NCBI GenBank assembly: GCA_963772455.1
Contig: CAVYXJ010000011.1
Span: 64,001 to 128,000, forward strand
Direction of reading: 5' to 3'
DNA: 64,000 bases
DNA from: Candidatus Bathyarchaeota archaeon
Lineage (GTDB): Archaea; Thermoproteota; Bathyarchaeia; Bathyarchaeales; Bathycorpusculaceae
Shown: piece after piece, positions 9,408 through 19,106 of the stretch
How positions within the stretch are numbered: position 1 is the stretch's first letter
Layout of the letters: each line of letters opens with the position of its first letter
Notes under the pieces: model-generated
Database searches by the model: none
Seen by the model: only the letters and a program-made list of their open reading frames with translations
What the model was told of the DNA's origin: nothing
Made by a program: the position numbers and the translations under genes

Positions 9408-10199
9408 ATGAATAGAAAAAGCATTATCGTTGCGATTATTGGAATTCTTCTTATTAGTAGTGTAGCATTCAATCTAGTTGATGCTTTGCCTTTGGATAAC
9501 ATTGCCAACAGATTAACTCAAGCAACTTGGATTCGCATTAACGGCAATATAGATCATTTAACATTATCAGACACCCCTATGGAGGTACGAGGACAACTTC
9601 AAACTCAAGCCCGAGTAGCGGTACATCAATCGGGTGATACTAAACAATTTACCGCGGCAACAGCTATTTGGACAACCGAAACAACTACTGCGGCAGAAAA
9701 AGCGAAACAATCAAATGAATTTACATACACATACTACATTGCAAGACTACCAAATGCCTTAGTCTCCGATACTAATTCAAAGATTACTACACCAGCAAGT
9801 TACGTTTTAGCTGGAACATGGAAGGTCGCGACAGTCGTAATAACCGTTACTACCCAGACCAATGAGGATGGCACTGTAACAAGACATCGAGCACAAGATA
9901 TCACACCATCCGAATGTAAGGGAACATTAACCGTAACTGATAACACTTTCAGTCTAAAAATTGATGGGGTTGGAGAATTAACAGGTTCAATATACCGTTC
10001 CATTACACGCTCATGGTTTAACCCATTCAAAATGACAGATGACGCAACTACTAACACAGTAACTAGAAGCGATGTAAAAGCAATTGCACAAAACTACGGT
10101 GTTATGCCAGGTTGGGGAAACTTTAACTCAAACATGGACTTCAACAATAACTTCCGAGTAGACATAGCTGATATTTCGACAGTCGCAGCCAATATGTAA
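9408..10199 (+). CDS. Secreted protein with C-terminal dockerin-like module
   Basis: Signal peptide; C-terminus AQNYGVMPGWGNFNSNMDFNNNFRVDIADISTVAANM (EF-hand-like Ca loop plus helix). Confidence 0.7.
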   Translation: MNRKSIIVAIIGILLISSVAFNLVDALPLDNIANRLTQATWIRINGNIDHLTLSDTPMEVRGQLQTQARVAVHQSGDTKQFTAATAIWTTETTTAAEKAKQSNEFTYTYYIARLPNALVSDTNSKITTPASYVLAGTWKVATVVITVTTQTNEDGTVTRHRAQDITPSECKGTLTVTDNTFSLKIDGVGELTGSIYRSITRSWFNPFKMTDDATTNTVTRSDVKAIAQNYGVMPGWGNFNSNMDFNNNFRVDIADISTVAANM

Positions 10200-10307
10200 A
10201 AATCAGTTTCTAATAATTTTCACCCTATTTTCTTTTTTTGCTTTCTAAACTTGCTTTATGGTTAAGTTAATACGTTTATTTATCTAAGAAATCTTGATGG
10301 GCTTATA

Positions 10308-10490
10308 ATGGTTGGGAATAGAAAAAATAATGAGTCTATTGATGCGCCAAAAGAAGTAACATTGCCTTGTGGTTGCGTATATCAGGATAAGGGTTGGATG
10401 CTTACTCGAAGCAGAGAATGTGAATATCACAAACGAAAAAGAACCACTAAGCGTCCTTATAGACCCAAGGCTGAATGCGTAAGACCATAA
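10308..10490 (+). CDS. Small Cys/His (Zn-finger-like) basic protein
   Basis: LPCGC...CEYH. Confidence 0.5.
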   Translation: MVGNRKNNESIDAPKEVTLPCGCVYQDKGWMLTRSRECEYHKRKRTTKRPYRPKAECVRP

Positions 10491-10597
10491 AAACGAAGCT
10501 GTCGATAGCCTATTTTCTTGTGGGAAAATGATTTCAGTGCGTTTCGAAGGGTCTTTCCACAATCCATTTAACCAACAAAACCAATTCCCTTAGCGTC

Positions 10598-11731
10598 ATG
10601 TTAAACTCCCAACCAGACTCTTCGCCAAAACCTCAAAGTCAAACTAGACGATTCCTAAAGATTCTTATTCAAATAGTGGCGATGGTTGTAATCTTTGCAG
10701 TTCTGTTCTGGTACATCGGAGTTGGCTCACTATATGAGGCAATGCTAAACATCAAAGTTGAGTATTTGGCACTTGCATTCCTCATGTACTTTGGCATCAA
10801 CATATTCTTTACGATAAGGCTGAGGCGTGTTTTAGCTAAAGGCGGAGTAAAAACGTCGTTTGGCAAAACCCTTCTTGCCCAGTACGCTGGAATGCTAACT
10901 AGCGACGTTACTCCTGGTCGCTCAGGATACATTTTGACGCCTGTTTACCTTCGGGATCAAAATGTCCCCGCTTCAAAAGCACTCTCAAGCGTTCTTGGAA
11001 TCCAAACTATAGAGTTCCTAGTCAAGGTCGTCGGCGGAATAGGAGCAGCCATATTCTTGATTAAGATGGTGCCCTCTGGAAACTGGCCACCAACAACTAT
11101 TCTGGGTGTCAACGTAACGTTCTTCGTTATAGGTCTAGGCATTGCTTTAATGTTGACTGGCGCACTGTTACTCGCCGCTATTTCATGGTCAGAGCGTGCC
11201 GTACACATCTTCCATCGAATCGCAAACAGCCGTTACCTGAAAAGATTTACAGGCGGCATAATGGGTAAACTTGACGATTTTAAGGACAGTTCACAAAAAA
11301 CTCGTTCTGCAATCCCTGAAATTTTTGGGTTAACGATGATTTGCTGGGTGCTGAAGGGGTTTGAATGGTTCTTCTTAGCTGAGGCATTGGGCATCTCAAT
11401 TAACAGCAACCCTGCAATTGCTTGGCTTGGATTCTTCCTCATTCACCCGTTGGTCACGGCGTTGGCGTTTGTCCCAATCACTCCTGCGGGAACAGGTATC
11501 CAAGAGTTTGGAATCATCGGGATTTTGAGTTTGCTTTTCCTTAACCCTGCCACCACTTTTGTTGCTCCAGGCATAACGGTGTTGGCAGCTATCGGTGCAT
11601 TCGCAATCCTAGCGAGAGGTTTGCTAATTATAGAGGACTTGGCTGGTGTACCGCAAATCGTAAAGTCAACTACCCTGATTTTTTCAAAGAAAAAACATGC
11701 GGAAATAGCTCCTCCACCTTTGCCTTCTTAG
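10598..11731 (+). CDS. Flippase-like UPF0104/LPG synthase TM protein
   Basis: SDVTPGRSG, VPITPAGTG.QE, multi-TM. Confidence 0.85.
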   Translation: MLNSQPDSSPKPQSQTRRFLKILIQIVAMVVIFAVLFWYIGVGSLYEAMLNIKVEYLALAFLMYFGINIFFTIRLRRVLAKGGVKTSFGKTLLAQYAGMLTSDVTPGRSGYILTPVYLRDQNVPASKALSSVLGIQTIEFLVKVVGGIGAAIFLIKMVPSGNWPPTTILGVNVTFFVIGLGIALMLTGALLLAAISWSERAVHIFHRIANSRYLKRFTGGIMGKLDDFKDSSQKTRSAIPEIFGLTMICWVLKGFEWFFLAEALGISINSNPAIAWLGFFLIHPLVTALAFVPITPAGTGIQEFGIIGILSLLFLNPATTFVAPGITVLAAIGAFAILARGLLIIEDLAGVPQIVKSTTLIFSKKKHAEIAPPPLPS

Positions 11732-11782
11732 CTATACACCTAAAGTCAATACGCTCTTAAACAGTCTGGGCATTAATTTAGT

Positions 11783-12364
11783 GTGAGAGAAATCAAGATG
11801 TATTCGAAGTCAGCCGTTAGGCAAGCTTTACCCGCTGATTTGGAAAGAGTAAAAGAGATTATTGACTTGTCTTTTCCAAGGTTATTTCGCTACTTTGCCC
11901 AGCACAGCGTAAAATCCGAAGAAGGAAAAGTGCTTATATTTGAAAACCACGACGTAGTCTTAGGATTCGCAAAATTAATAGAGTTCAAGGTTGGCAACAT
12001 CAAGTACGGCTGTATCCTTTGGATTGCGGTTCACCCTGATTATCGGCGCCAAGGAATCGCACTTATCTTGACAAACAAGGGTGTAGGAACTCTGAAAAAA
12101 GAAGGTGTACAAGCGGTTTTTGCTTCTACACAATGGAGAAATAACGCTGCGAAAGCAACCTTGAATAAGGCAGGCTTTGGGCAGGTGGGTTTTTTGGGGT
12201 TGTGGCGGGTTTTCGGTTGGCGAGTGTTTAGTTTTTATCGTAAGATTTGGTATGCACCTATCGAAATTGTATATATAAAAGATTTTTATGAGTTAAATTG
12301 GTCGGGAGAGCAGGATTTGAACCTGCGACAGCTCGGTATCTGTGGCCTAGACAGGCTAGAATGA
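11783..12364 (+). CDS. GNAT acetyltransferase
   Basis: WIAVHPDYRRQGIA; 3' end overlaps the antisense tRNA. Confidence 0.8.
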   Translation: MREIKMYSKSAVRQALPADLERVKEIIDLSFPRLFRYFAQHSVKSEEGKVLIFENHDVVLGFAKLIEFKVGNIKYGCILWIAVHPDYRRQGIALILTNKGVGTLKKEGVQAVFASTQWRNNAAKATLNKAGFGQVGFLGLWRVFGWRVFSFYRKIWYAPIEIVYIKDFYELNWSGEQDLNLRQLGICGLDRLE

Positions 12365-12452
12365 AGCCCACCATGGGTAGACCTCTACAGCTTCTCCACC
12401 AGCTAAACTAGTTAGCCAGCTCGAGAGCTCTGCCAGGCTGAGCTACCTCCCG
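12299..12452 (-). tRNA. tRNA-Tyr(GUA) with two introns (30/31 and 37/38) and encoded CCA
   Basis: CGGGAGG/TCTCCCG acceptor (C1-G72, A73), D arm GCTC/GAGC, T loop GGTTCAAATCC, anticodon GTA at 12388-12386; introns 12421-12392 (30 nt) and 12384-12338 (47 nt), both with BHB geometry. Confidence 0.92.
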
Positions 12453-12575
12453 ACAAAGACCATAAAGACAAAAGAAAAGAATTTATGTGTTTTGGAATTT
12501 TTCACAGTCCTTACGACCAATACTAAACATTTTAATCTTTTAGAAATATGTGTTTCAGAGAAGAGGCGCAATAAA

Positions 12576-13542
12576 TTGGCAAAAACCATTGGCATTGTTA
12601 CATCTGGAGGAGATGCACCGGGAATGAATGCTGCTATTCGAGCAGTTACACGGGTTGGTTACTCAATGGGTTTTCAGGTAATCGGGTTTGAACGCGGCTG
12701 GGATGGATTACTAACTAATTGTTTTAAAAAGTTAACTCCCCGCAGCGTCGGAGGAATAATTCAACTTGGCGGCACCATTCTTCATACATTAAGATGCCCC
12801 GCGTTTGAGCAACCCGACGGAGTTGAAACAGGAGCAGAAACACTACGACAAAATAACGTTGATGGTTTAGTGGTTATTGGTGGAGACGGTTCATTTAGAG
12901 GTGCCTTGGAACTAGGCAAGAAAAGTGACGCTTTAATACTTGGAATTCCAGCCACAATCGATAATGACATCTATGGCACTGAAGAAACAATTGGCTTTGA
13001 TACTGCCGTAAATACAGGTGTAACAATAATCGACAAAATTAGAGACACTGCAATTTCTCACGAACGCATTTTTATTGTTGAAGTTATGGGACGTAAAAGA
13101 GGCTTTTTGGCTTTGGAAGTAGGAATGTGTGTGGGTGCGGAAGTAATTTTGATTCCTGAAAACCCTGTATCTTCTAAAAAAATTTGCAGTATTATGGATG
13201 AAAACGCCAGAAAAGGTAAAAGAGCGGGGATAATCGTTGCTGCGGAGGGTTTTGGTGATTCAAACAAATTGGCACATGAAATACAGAGTCAAACAGACTT
13301 TGAAGTTAGGCTTTCCATTCTTGGTTATGCTCAACGTGGAGGTAGCCCAACAGCTCGTAGCAGGTTGCTGGCGAGTTTGTTTGCTGAGAGAGCTGTTGAA
13401 TTGTTGTGTGAAGGAAAAGGCATGTTGGCAGTTGGATTACAGAAGGGCTCAGTCACTAGCTTATGATCTTGAACAAAGTGCAAATAACCAGAAAACGTTG
13501 GATTTGCGTTTGTTGAAAGTAGCTGATTTGCTGGCAATTTAG
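12576..13542 (+). CDS. pfkA: ATP-dependent 6-phosphofructokinase, bacterial PfkA family (+1 frameshift near 13460)
   Basis: TSGGDAPGMNAAIR, GGDGS, TIDND, IGFDTA, EVMGR, QRGGSP; C-terminus YDLEQ..LAI continues in the next frame. Confidence 0.9.
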
Positions 13543-13577
13543 TTTTATTATAAGTTTGGATTTGGAAAGTGACTAGC

Positions 13578-13860
13578 ATGACAAAGATAATTAATTTGCC
13601 TTTGCGGGTTTACGAAGATTTAGTTAAGACTTCTGAGGAGTTGTCGTTAATGGCTAAAAAGCCGATTTCGACATCAATGGCTAGTTGATTTGCTAATTGA
13701 AATTTATCATGCACACCTCAACAACCCTTGCTCACTTGACTCTTTCAGCCAACAGTTAAGAAGCCTAAACGTTATGTCCCCAGATGAATTTGATAAGTAC
13801 TGGGATGAACCCATAAAGACAGAGGAAACAAAAGGCAAGGTAAAAGCAAAAAAACCCTAA
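13578..13860 (+). CDS. About 93-aa hypothetical protein (RHH-like N-terminus), split by +1 frameshift near 13684
   Basis: MTKIINLPLRVYEDLVKTSEELSLMAKKPISTSMA / VDLLIEIYHAHLNNPCSLDSF...KAKKP*; not in ORF track. Confidence 0.55.
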
Positions 13861-14028
13861 TCGAGATTTACGTTTCAAAATCAGGTCTATCTCAAGTTGG
13901 GTTTAGAATACTGGCGAAGAAGAAAAAATAATTGAATAACAATTTTCTGGCTGATAGAAGAAACAAGGTTATGCTTCAGAAGAAAAATCGGTTTCCGGAC
14001 CAAAACTGGTCCGCTGGAAATACAAGTT

Positions 14029-14589
14029 TTAAATCATGTCAAAAACGTGTTTAGCTAGTTTGTCGGTTAGGTTTTCTCTATTTGAGAAAGTTACATTAAA
14101 AATTTCTGCGTCAACTCTTCGTTTAATCTGAGTTACTAATAGGTCTTTAGCTTTTCCATGTACAACTATTAACATCAATTTTTTGCTCTCTAACGCTTGC
14201 GTAACTGCTTGTTTGAACTTCTGGGAGAATAATTCCATGGGGCCAATCTCGTCGATGACTACGACGTCACTTTTTTCGAGGGCTTGCGTTATGGCTGTTG
14301 TTCCAATATTGTCAAGGTCCTTGAGGTTGACATTGTACTTGCCTACTTGGAGACCGCCTTGTCCTTTAACGTGAGCTAACCATCCATGTTTGTTGTTGGT
14401 TAAATCCGAGATTTCAAAGCCCACACGCACATTGCCTTCTCGTACTTCTCGTGTAACCATACCGCCTACTCTGACGCCTTTTGTTTTTAAGGCGTCCACT
14501 GTCTTAGTAACCACTGTAGTTTTTCCAACTCCAGGAGCACCAGTCAAAATCAAAACTCTCGACATCGACATCTTCATCTTTTGCACCAA
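14029..14589 (-). CDS. THEP1-family nucleoside triphosphatase
   Basis: TGAPGVGKTT, VGGM.T.E.R....R.GF, IDEIGPME. Confidence 0.92.
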   Translation of the reverse strand: MVQKMKMSMSRVLILTGAPGVGKTTVVTKTVDALKTKGVRVGGMVTREVREGNVRVGFEISDLTNNKHGWLAHVKGQGGLQVGKYNVNLKDLDNIGTTAITQALEKSDVVVIDEIGPMELFSQKFKQAVTQALESKKLMLIVVHGKAKDLLVTQIKRRVDAEIFNVTFSNRENLTDKLAKHVFDMI

Positions 14590-14652
14590 CCTACCATAAA
14601 TCTAATATGTTGATTAAATTGTTTTCATACCAACATCCATGGAGTAGGCCAA

Positions 14653-15873
14653 ATGTCGGATAAAGAAGACTATGTTGCAGATTTTCCCAGCGAAATAATC
14701 AAAGAAGGAAAAATCCAAGTCTTAGTGCCCAAACTCGAAGCCTATGGTGTCGTGCCTTCTGATTATGCGCCTTCCAAAGCTCCAGTGTTCTACAATCCTG
14801 TCATGGAATTCAACCGTGACTTAACCGTTTTAGTTTTCAAAGCCTACCAACATATCGTTAATCATGAAATCAGCATTTGCGAGCCCTTCACTAGTCAGGG
14901 AATAAGGGGTATTCGGTTCGCCGCCGAAGTCAATGGAGTGACAAAGGTGCTGCTAAGCGACATTAGCACAACCGCATTGGAACTTGCAAAGCACAATGTT
15001 GAGTTAAACAAGTTGGAAAACATAATAACTCTCAAGCATAAAGATGCTAACTGTATTTTAAGCTCCAACGCTTCCCCAAAAAAACGTTTTGACATAATTG
15101 ACATCGACCCTTTCGGAACTCCAGTGCCATATTTGGATTCAGCATTTAGAGCTCTGAAAAACAATGGGTTGTTGGCTGCTACCGCTACGGATTTAGCGCC
15201 TTTGTGTGGTGTGCATGCGAAGGCTTGTGTAAGAAAATACGGAGGCAAACCCTTGCGAACAGAGTATTGCCATGAATTAGCGGTGCGGCTGTTGGCTGGC
15301 TGCATGGCTTCATTGGCAGCAAAGCATGATATCGGAATCCGAATACTATTCAGCCACAGCACAGACCATTACATCCGCGTCTACGCCCAGATTGGTTATG
15401 GTTGCCAAAAAGGAGATGAAAGCCTCAAAAATACAGGATATTTCCTCCACTGTTTTAGTTGTCTTCACCGAGAGATAATACATAATATTTTTGGCAAAAT
15501 CGACCAGTGCCCTGAATGCGGCTCAAAAATGGAGTTTTCTGGACCCTTATGGATAGGTAGCTTATCCGACCCGGTCTTTGTTGATCAAATTATCAAAGAA
15601 AGCCAGAATACTGCGTTTAAGAATAGTGCTAAAATTACAAAACTCCTAACATTAATCAAAAACGAAGGTAACCTGCCACCATCCTACTATGTGATTGATA
15701 AATTAAGCGGAAAACTTAAGCTACCTTCACCAAGCATCCAAGCGGTTTTAACATGCCTTAAACAACATGGTTTCCAAGCAACTTCAACGCATTTCAATAC
15801 TCGAGGGATCAAAACAGAAGCTTCAGCATTAATTATGCAAAAAATACTCAGAGAAATCGCAATAACAAAATAA
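14653..15873 (+). CDS. trm1: tRNA (guanine-26-N2)-dimethyltransferase
   Basis: VFYNP.M.FNRDL, DIDPFG.P, ATATD, CxxC..CxxC, GPLW.G. Confidence 0.95.
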   Translation: MSDKEDYVADFPSEIIKEGKIQVLVPKLEAYGVVPSDYAPSKAPVFYNPVMEFNRDLTVLVFKAYQHIVNHEISICEPFTSQGIRGIRFAAEVNGVTKVLLSDISTTALELAKHNVELNKLENIITLKHKDANCILSSNASPKKRFDIIDIDPFGTPVPYLDSAFRALKNNGLLAATATDLAPLCGVHAKACVRKYGGKPLRTEYCHELAVRLLAGCMASLAAKHDIGIRILFSHSTDHYIRVYAQIGYGCQKGDESLKNTGYFLHCFSCLHREIIHNIFGKIDQCPECGSKMEFSGPLWIGSLSDPVFVDQIIKESQNTAFKNSAKITKLLTLIKNEGNLPPSYYVIDKLSGKLKLPSPSIQAVLTCLKQHGFQATSTHFNTRGIKTEASALIMQKILREIAITK

Positions 15874-15938
15874 CTGATATGTTTTGCAACAAAAGTTTAA
15901 AGAGCAAAACCGTGTTTCTAACAGGTAAGTGAGCTCTC

Positions 15939-16743
15939 TTGAATGATAAAATCACTGTGATAGGCGCAGGCATGATGGGTAGCGCCATAATTAAAAGCCT
16001 AATTAAAGGCAACTTCTGGTGGCAAGATAACTGCTGTAGATATTGCACCTGAAAAACTCAAAGACCTGGAAAAGCTTGGAGTAAAAATTACATCGGATAG
16101 CCGAAAAGCAGTCGCTGATTCAGACATCGTTTTCATCATTGTTAAACCCGGAGATGTTGAAAAGGTTCTCAAAGAAATTGCCAAAGAAATAAGGGGTAAA
16201 CTTCTCATTTCTGTTGCGGCTACTTTGCCTCTTGCTTTTCTCCGTAAAAACGCATCTGAATCTCGGATTGTGCGAATTATGCCTAATCTTGGTGCTTTGG
16301 TTCAAGCTTCGTATACAGCTTATTGTTGCGAACCAAATGTTACTAACGAAGATAAAGAAAAAGTCAAAATGCTTCTAAATATGATGGGAATCTGCGATGA
16401 AATGGATGAGAAGTACATGGATGCAATCACCGCTGTCAGCGGTAGCGGACCAGGCTACATATCGATCATAATTGAAGCGTTAACTTATGCAGGGTTGAAA
16501 GTTGGGTTGCCAAGAAATATCGCCCTATCAGCAGCAGCTCAAACTGTAATGGGCACGGGTAAACTAGTTATCGATTTGCATGAAGATCCAGCGAAAATTA
16601 AGGATATGACTACTACCCCAGGAGGAACAACAATTGAAGCTATCTACCAGATTGAACAATCTCAAATTCGACCTGCAATGATTCGCGCTATTGAAGAAGC
16701 CACCAAAAAAAGCCAGACTATTAGAGAAAAACTAAATGTATGA
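15939..16743 (+). CDS. proC: Pyrroline-5-carboxylate reductase (+1 frameshift at about 16001-16017)
   Basis: N-terminal VIGAGMMGSAI in upstream frame; RIMPN, SGSGPGY, TPGGTT in downstream frame. Confidence 0.88.
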
Positions 16744-16756
16744 TAGCGAATTTTAA

Positions 16757-17413
16757 ATGTTTGAAGCAGTAATATTTGACTGGGATGGAACCCTTGCCGA
16801 TACTCGAAAAGTAATTGTAGTTTCATTCCAAAAAGCACTCAAGGAAATTAACATCGAAGTTCCAACTCAATTTATTGAACGAAGGATCGGGGTTGGTGCA
16901 TCAGAGACTTTCCGAGAAATTCTCTCCGCCGCAAATAGGAGTGTTGACGAAAAAATCGTAAAACAGCTTGTTGAAACGAAAAGCAAAGTGCAAATCGAAT
17001 TAGCAAGTGAGGTTACATTGTTTGATGGCAGCCGAGAGCTTTTAGAGTCACTTCGGGACAAGGTGAAAGTTGGTTTGGCATCTATGAATAATCGCAGCGT
17101 GATTATGAATCTGCTACAAACTAATGGACTTGAAAACTGTTTTGATGTGGTTCTAACTGTTGAGGCAGTTTTCCATTCTAAACCTGACCCGGAAATCTTT
17201 CTTAAAACAGCTGAACAACTCAAGGCTAAACCGCAGGTATGTGTGGTTTTTGAGGATTCTATATTTGGCATTAAAGCAGCTAAATCCGCAAACATGAGTT
17301 GCATTGCAGTTACAACAGGCGTTTACAAGGAAGAAGAACTTAAAGTGGAAAAGCCTGATTTAATCGTTGAATCCTTGAGAGATAATAAAATTTTACCGTT
17401 CATTTTAAAATAA
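16757..17413 (+). CDS. HAD-family phosphatase (beta-PGM/CbbY-like)
   Basis: FDWDGTLAD, SKPDPEIF, FEDS..G. Confidence 0.9.
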   Translation: MFEAVIFDWDGTLADTRKVIVVSFQKALKEINIEVPTQFIERRIGVGASETFREILSAANRSVDEKIVKQLVETKSKVQIELASEVTLFDGSRELLESLRDKVKVGLASMNNRSVIMNLLQTNGLENCFDVVLTVEAVFHSKPDPEIFLKTAEQLKAKPQVCVVFEDSIFGIKAAKSANMSCIAVTTGVYKEEELKVEKPDLIVESLRDNKILPFILK

Positions 17414-17510
17414 AATATTAATTTTGTGGTAGCGGGCTAGCAACAACATAGCTTTAAACATTTTTCGATGAACTATACATTATTCTCAAAAGACTGTAGG
17501 AAGAATTGTT

Positions 17511-17780
17511 GTGACTGTTCAGCTTAAAAGAAGGAATAGACCATCGGTGTTTCAAGTACTGCTCTTAGACAAAGATGACGGTGAAGACGTTGAAGTTCAA
17601 GAAGCAAAAAAAGTGGATTTTTTCCAAGTTAAAGAACATCTTAAAAACGGAGGATCTGTCTTCATTACAAGTAAAGGCTCAGAAAAACTTTCTTTTCCAA
17701 AAGCTAAAGCACAACAAAACTATAACAGATCTAGACGAACTTGTGGATTTCTCTTTCGACAGCATCTGAGAAGACCATAA
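17511..17780 (+). CDS. Hypothetical 89-aa protein
   Basis: ORF with AGGA upstream and coding-like composition. Confidence 0.6.
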   Translation: MTVQLKRRNRPSVFQVLLLDKDDGEDVEVQEAKKVDFFQVKEHLKNGGSVFITSKGSEKLSFPKAKAQQNYNRSRRTCGFLFRQHLRRP

Positions 17781-17784
17781 TTGT

Positions 17785-17849
17785 GTGATGTGCATCCATT
17801 AATTTCCTTTACCCCTCTCTCTTCCAAATATCTTTTGGGTGCACGTCAC
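17785..17849 (+). other. 14-bp RNA hairpin with pyrimidine-rich loop (3' UTR or sRNA)
   Basis: GTGATGTGCATCCA pairs with TGGGTGCACGTCAC using two G-U pairs on the + strand only. Confidence 0.5.
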
Positions 17850-17903
17850 TCCCTCTTATACAAGAAAAATTATTTTTAATATTTAAAAAGAGTCAATAGA
17901 TCG

Positions 17904-18965
17904 CTATTTTTTCTTTCTTAATGATTCAGGAACATATCCGCATCGAGGGTCAGAACCTAAAATGTCACCAGTGTAAAATAACGCTGCGGATCTGCAGCCA
18001 CCACATAGTTCTTTGTATTCGCAAACGCCGCATTTACCCTTGATGTTCGTCTTATCTTTAATTTTGTTGAAGAATTCACTTTTTTGCATGTTATCCCAAA
18101 TCTCGGCGATATGTTTGTCCTTAATGTTTCCAACCCGATAAGCGTCGTTGTAACTGCAGGGAATCGCATCGCCGTTTTCCGCTATACTAAGAAATTTGCC
18201 AAAAAAGCATCTGCCTAAAAAGAAGTTGGAATACCATTTTTGAAAGTCAGGCATGCCGCGTTGCTTGGCAACTCGAGCATAAAAGGGAATATACACGTTG
18301 ATTCCGGGTTTTCCCTTATATTCTTCTGTTAAATTGTAAAGTTTGTTGCATAACCACTCGTACTGGGCAGGAGTTGGGTCAGCTTTAAGGCAGTTTTTAC
18401 TATAGGGAATTAAACCATGGAAGACTACCCAACGCGCATCATATTTCTTAGCTAATTCCAGCACATGCCGCATGTCTTCTTCATTAACGTTAGTAACTTT
18501 GTCGGCGTTAGCGAAAGTGTAAACAAGGCAATTAAGGAGTTTTTCTTTTGAAAACCTCTTTATCGCTGAGAGGGCTGCTTTGTAAGCGCCTTTGCCACGG
18601 ATAGCATCATTTGTTTCTTGCGCGCCATCGATGCTAACTGAGAGTTTAGTTTGGTTCTTAACGATTTTTTGATAAGCTGCTTTCCCCAGGAGGCGCCCGT
18701 CAGTTATGATGCTTGTATTTAATCCTAATTTTGTAGCATAATCGAGAACTTCAAAGAGGTCCTTTCGTAGAAAGGGTTGCCCTCCGGTAATTCCAAAGAA
18801 ACCTGCGCCAAAATCAGCTACTTGGTCAACTATTTTCAATGCGTCTTTAGTGTTTAATTCATCTGGAGCTGCTTTTTTTCCTGCTGAAGTACAATGGACA
18901 CAGTTACTCTCGCATTCGAAAGTGCATCTCCAGGGTACAATCAATACTGGACCTTTAACTACCAA
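17904..18965 (-). CDS. Radical SAM/SPASM-domain protein (NirJ/AhbC-D/PqqE-like)
   Basis: CESNCVHC; TGGQP; C..G...I.ENG...PC and CGVCEY..LCGGCR...DP.C. Confidence 0.9.
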   Translation of the reverse strand: MVVKGPVLIVPWRCTFECESNCVHCTSAGKKAAPDELNTKDALKIVDQVADFGAGFFGITGGQPFLRKDLFEVLDYATKLGLNTSIITDGRLLGKAAYQKIVKNQTKLSVSIDGAQETNDAIRGKGAYKAALSAIKRFSKEKLLNCLVYTFANADKVTNVNEEDMRHVLELAKKYDARWVVFHGLIPYSKNCLKADPTPAQYEWLCNKLYNLTEEYKGKPGINVYIPFYARVAKQRGMPDFQKWYSNFFLGRCFFGKFLSIAENGDAIPCSYNDAYRVGNIKDKHIAEIWDNMQKSEFFNKIKDKTNIKGKCGVCEYKELCGGCRSAALFYTGDILGSDPRCGYVPESLRKKK

Positions 18966-19106
18966 GTCGACTTCTCCAAGAGGATATTCTATTTGAACAT
19001 TTTTTTGCTATTTAATGCTTCACATTCCAATTTCAAATTCGATGACGTAAACTATGGAACAGAATTCTTAAATCTCTAAGAAAACTTCTAACTCAATAGT
19101 GATTTC

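Noticed and set aside
13993-14019. Hairpin GGACCA-AAAC-TGGTCC between convergent genes
   Set aside because: Short and possibly a terminator, but not supportable beyond that
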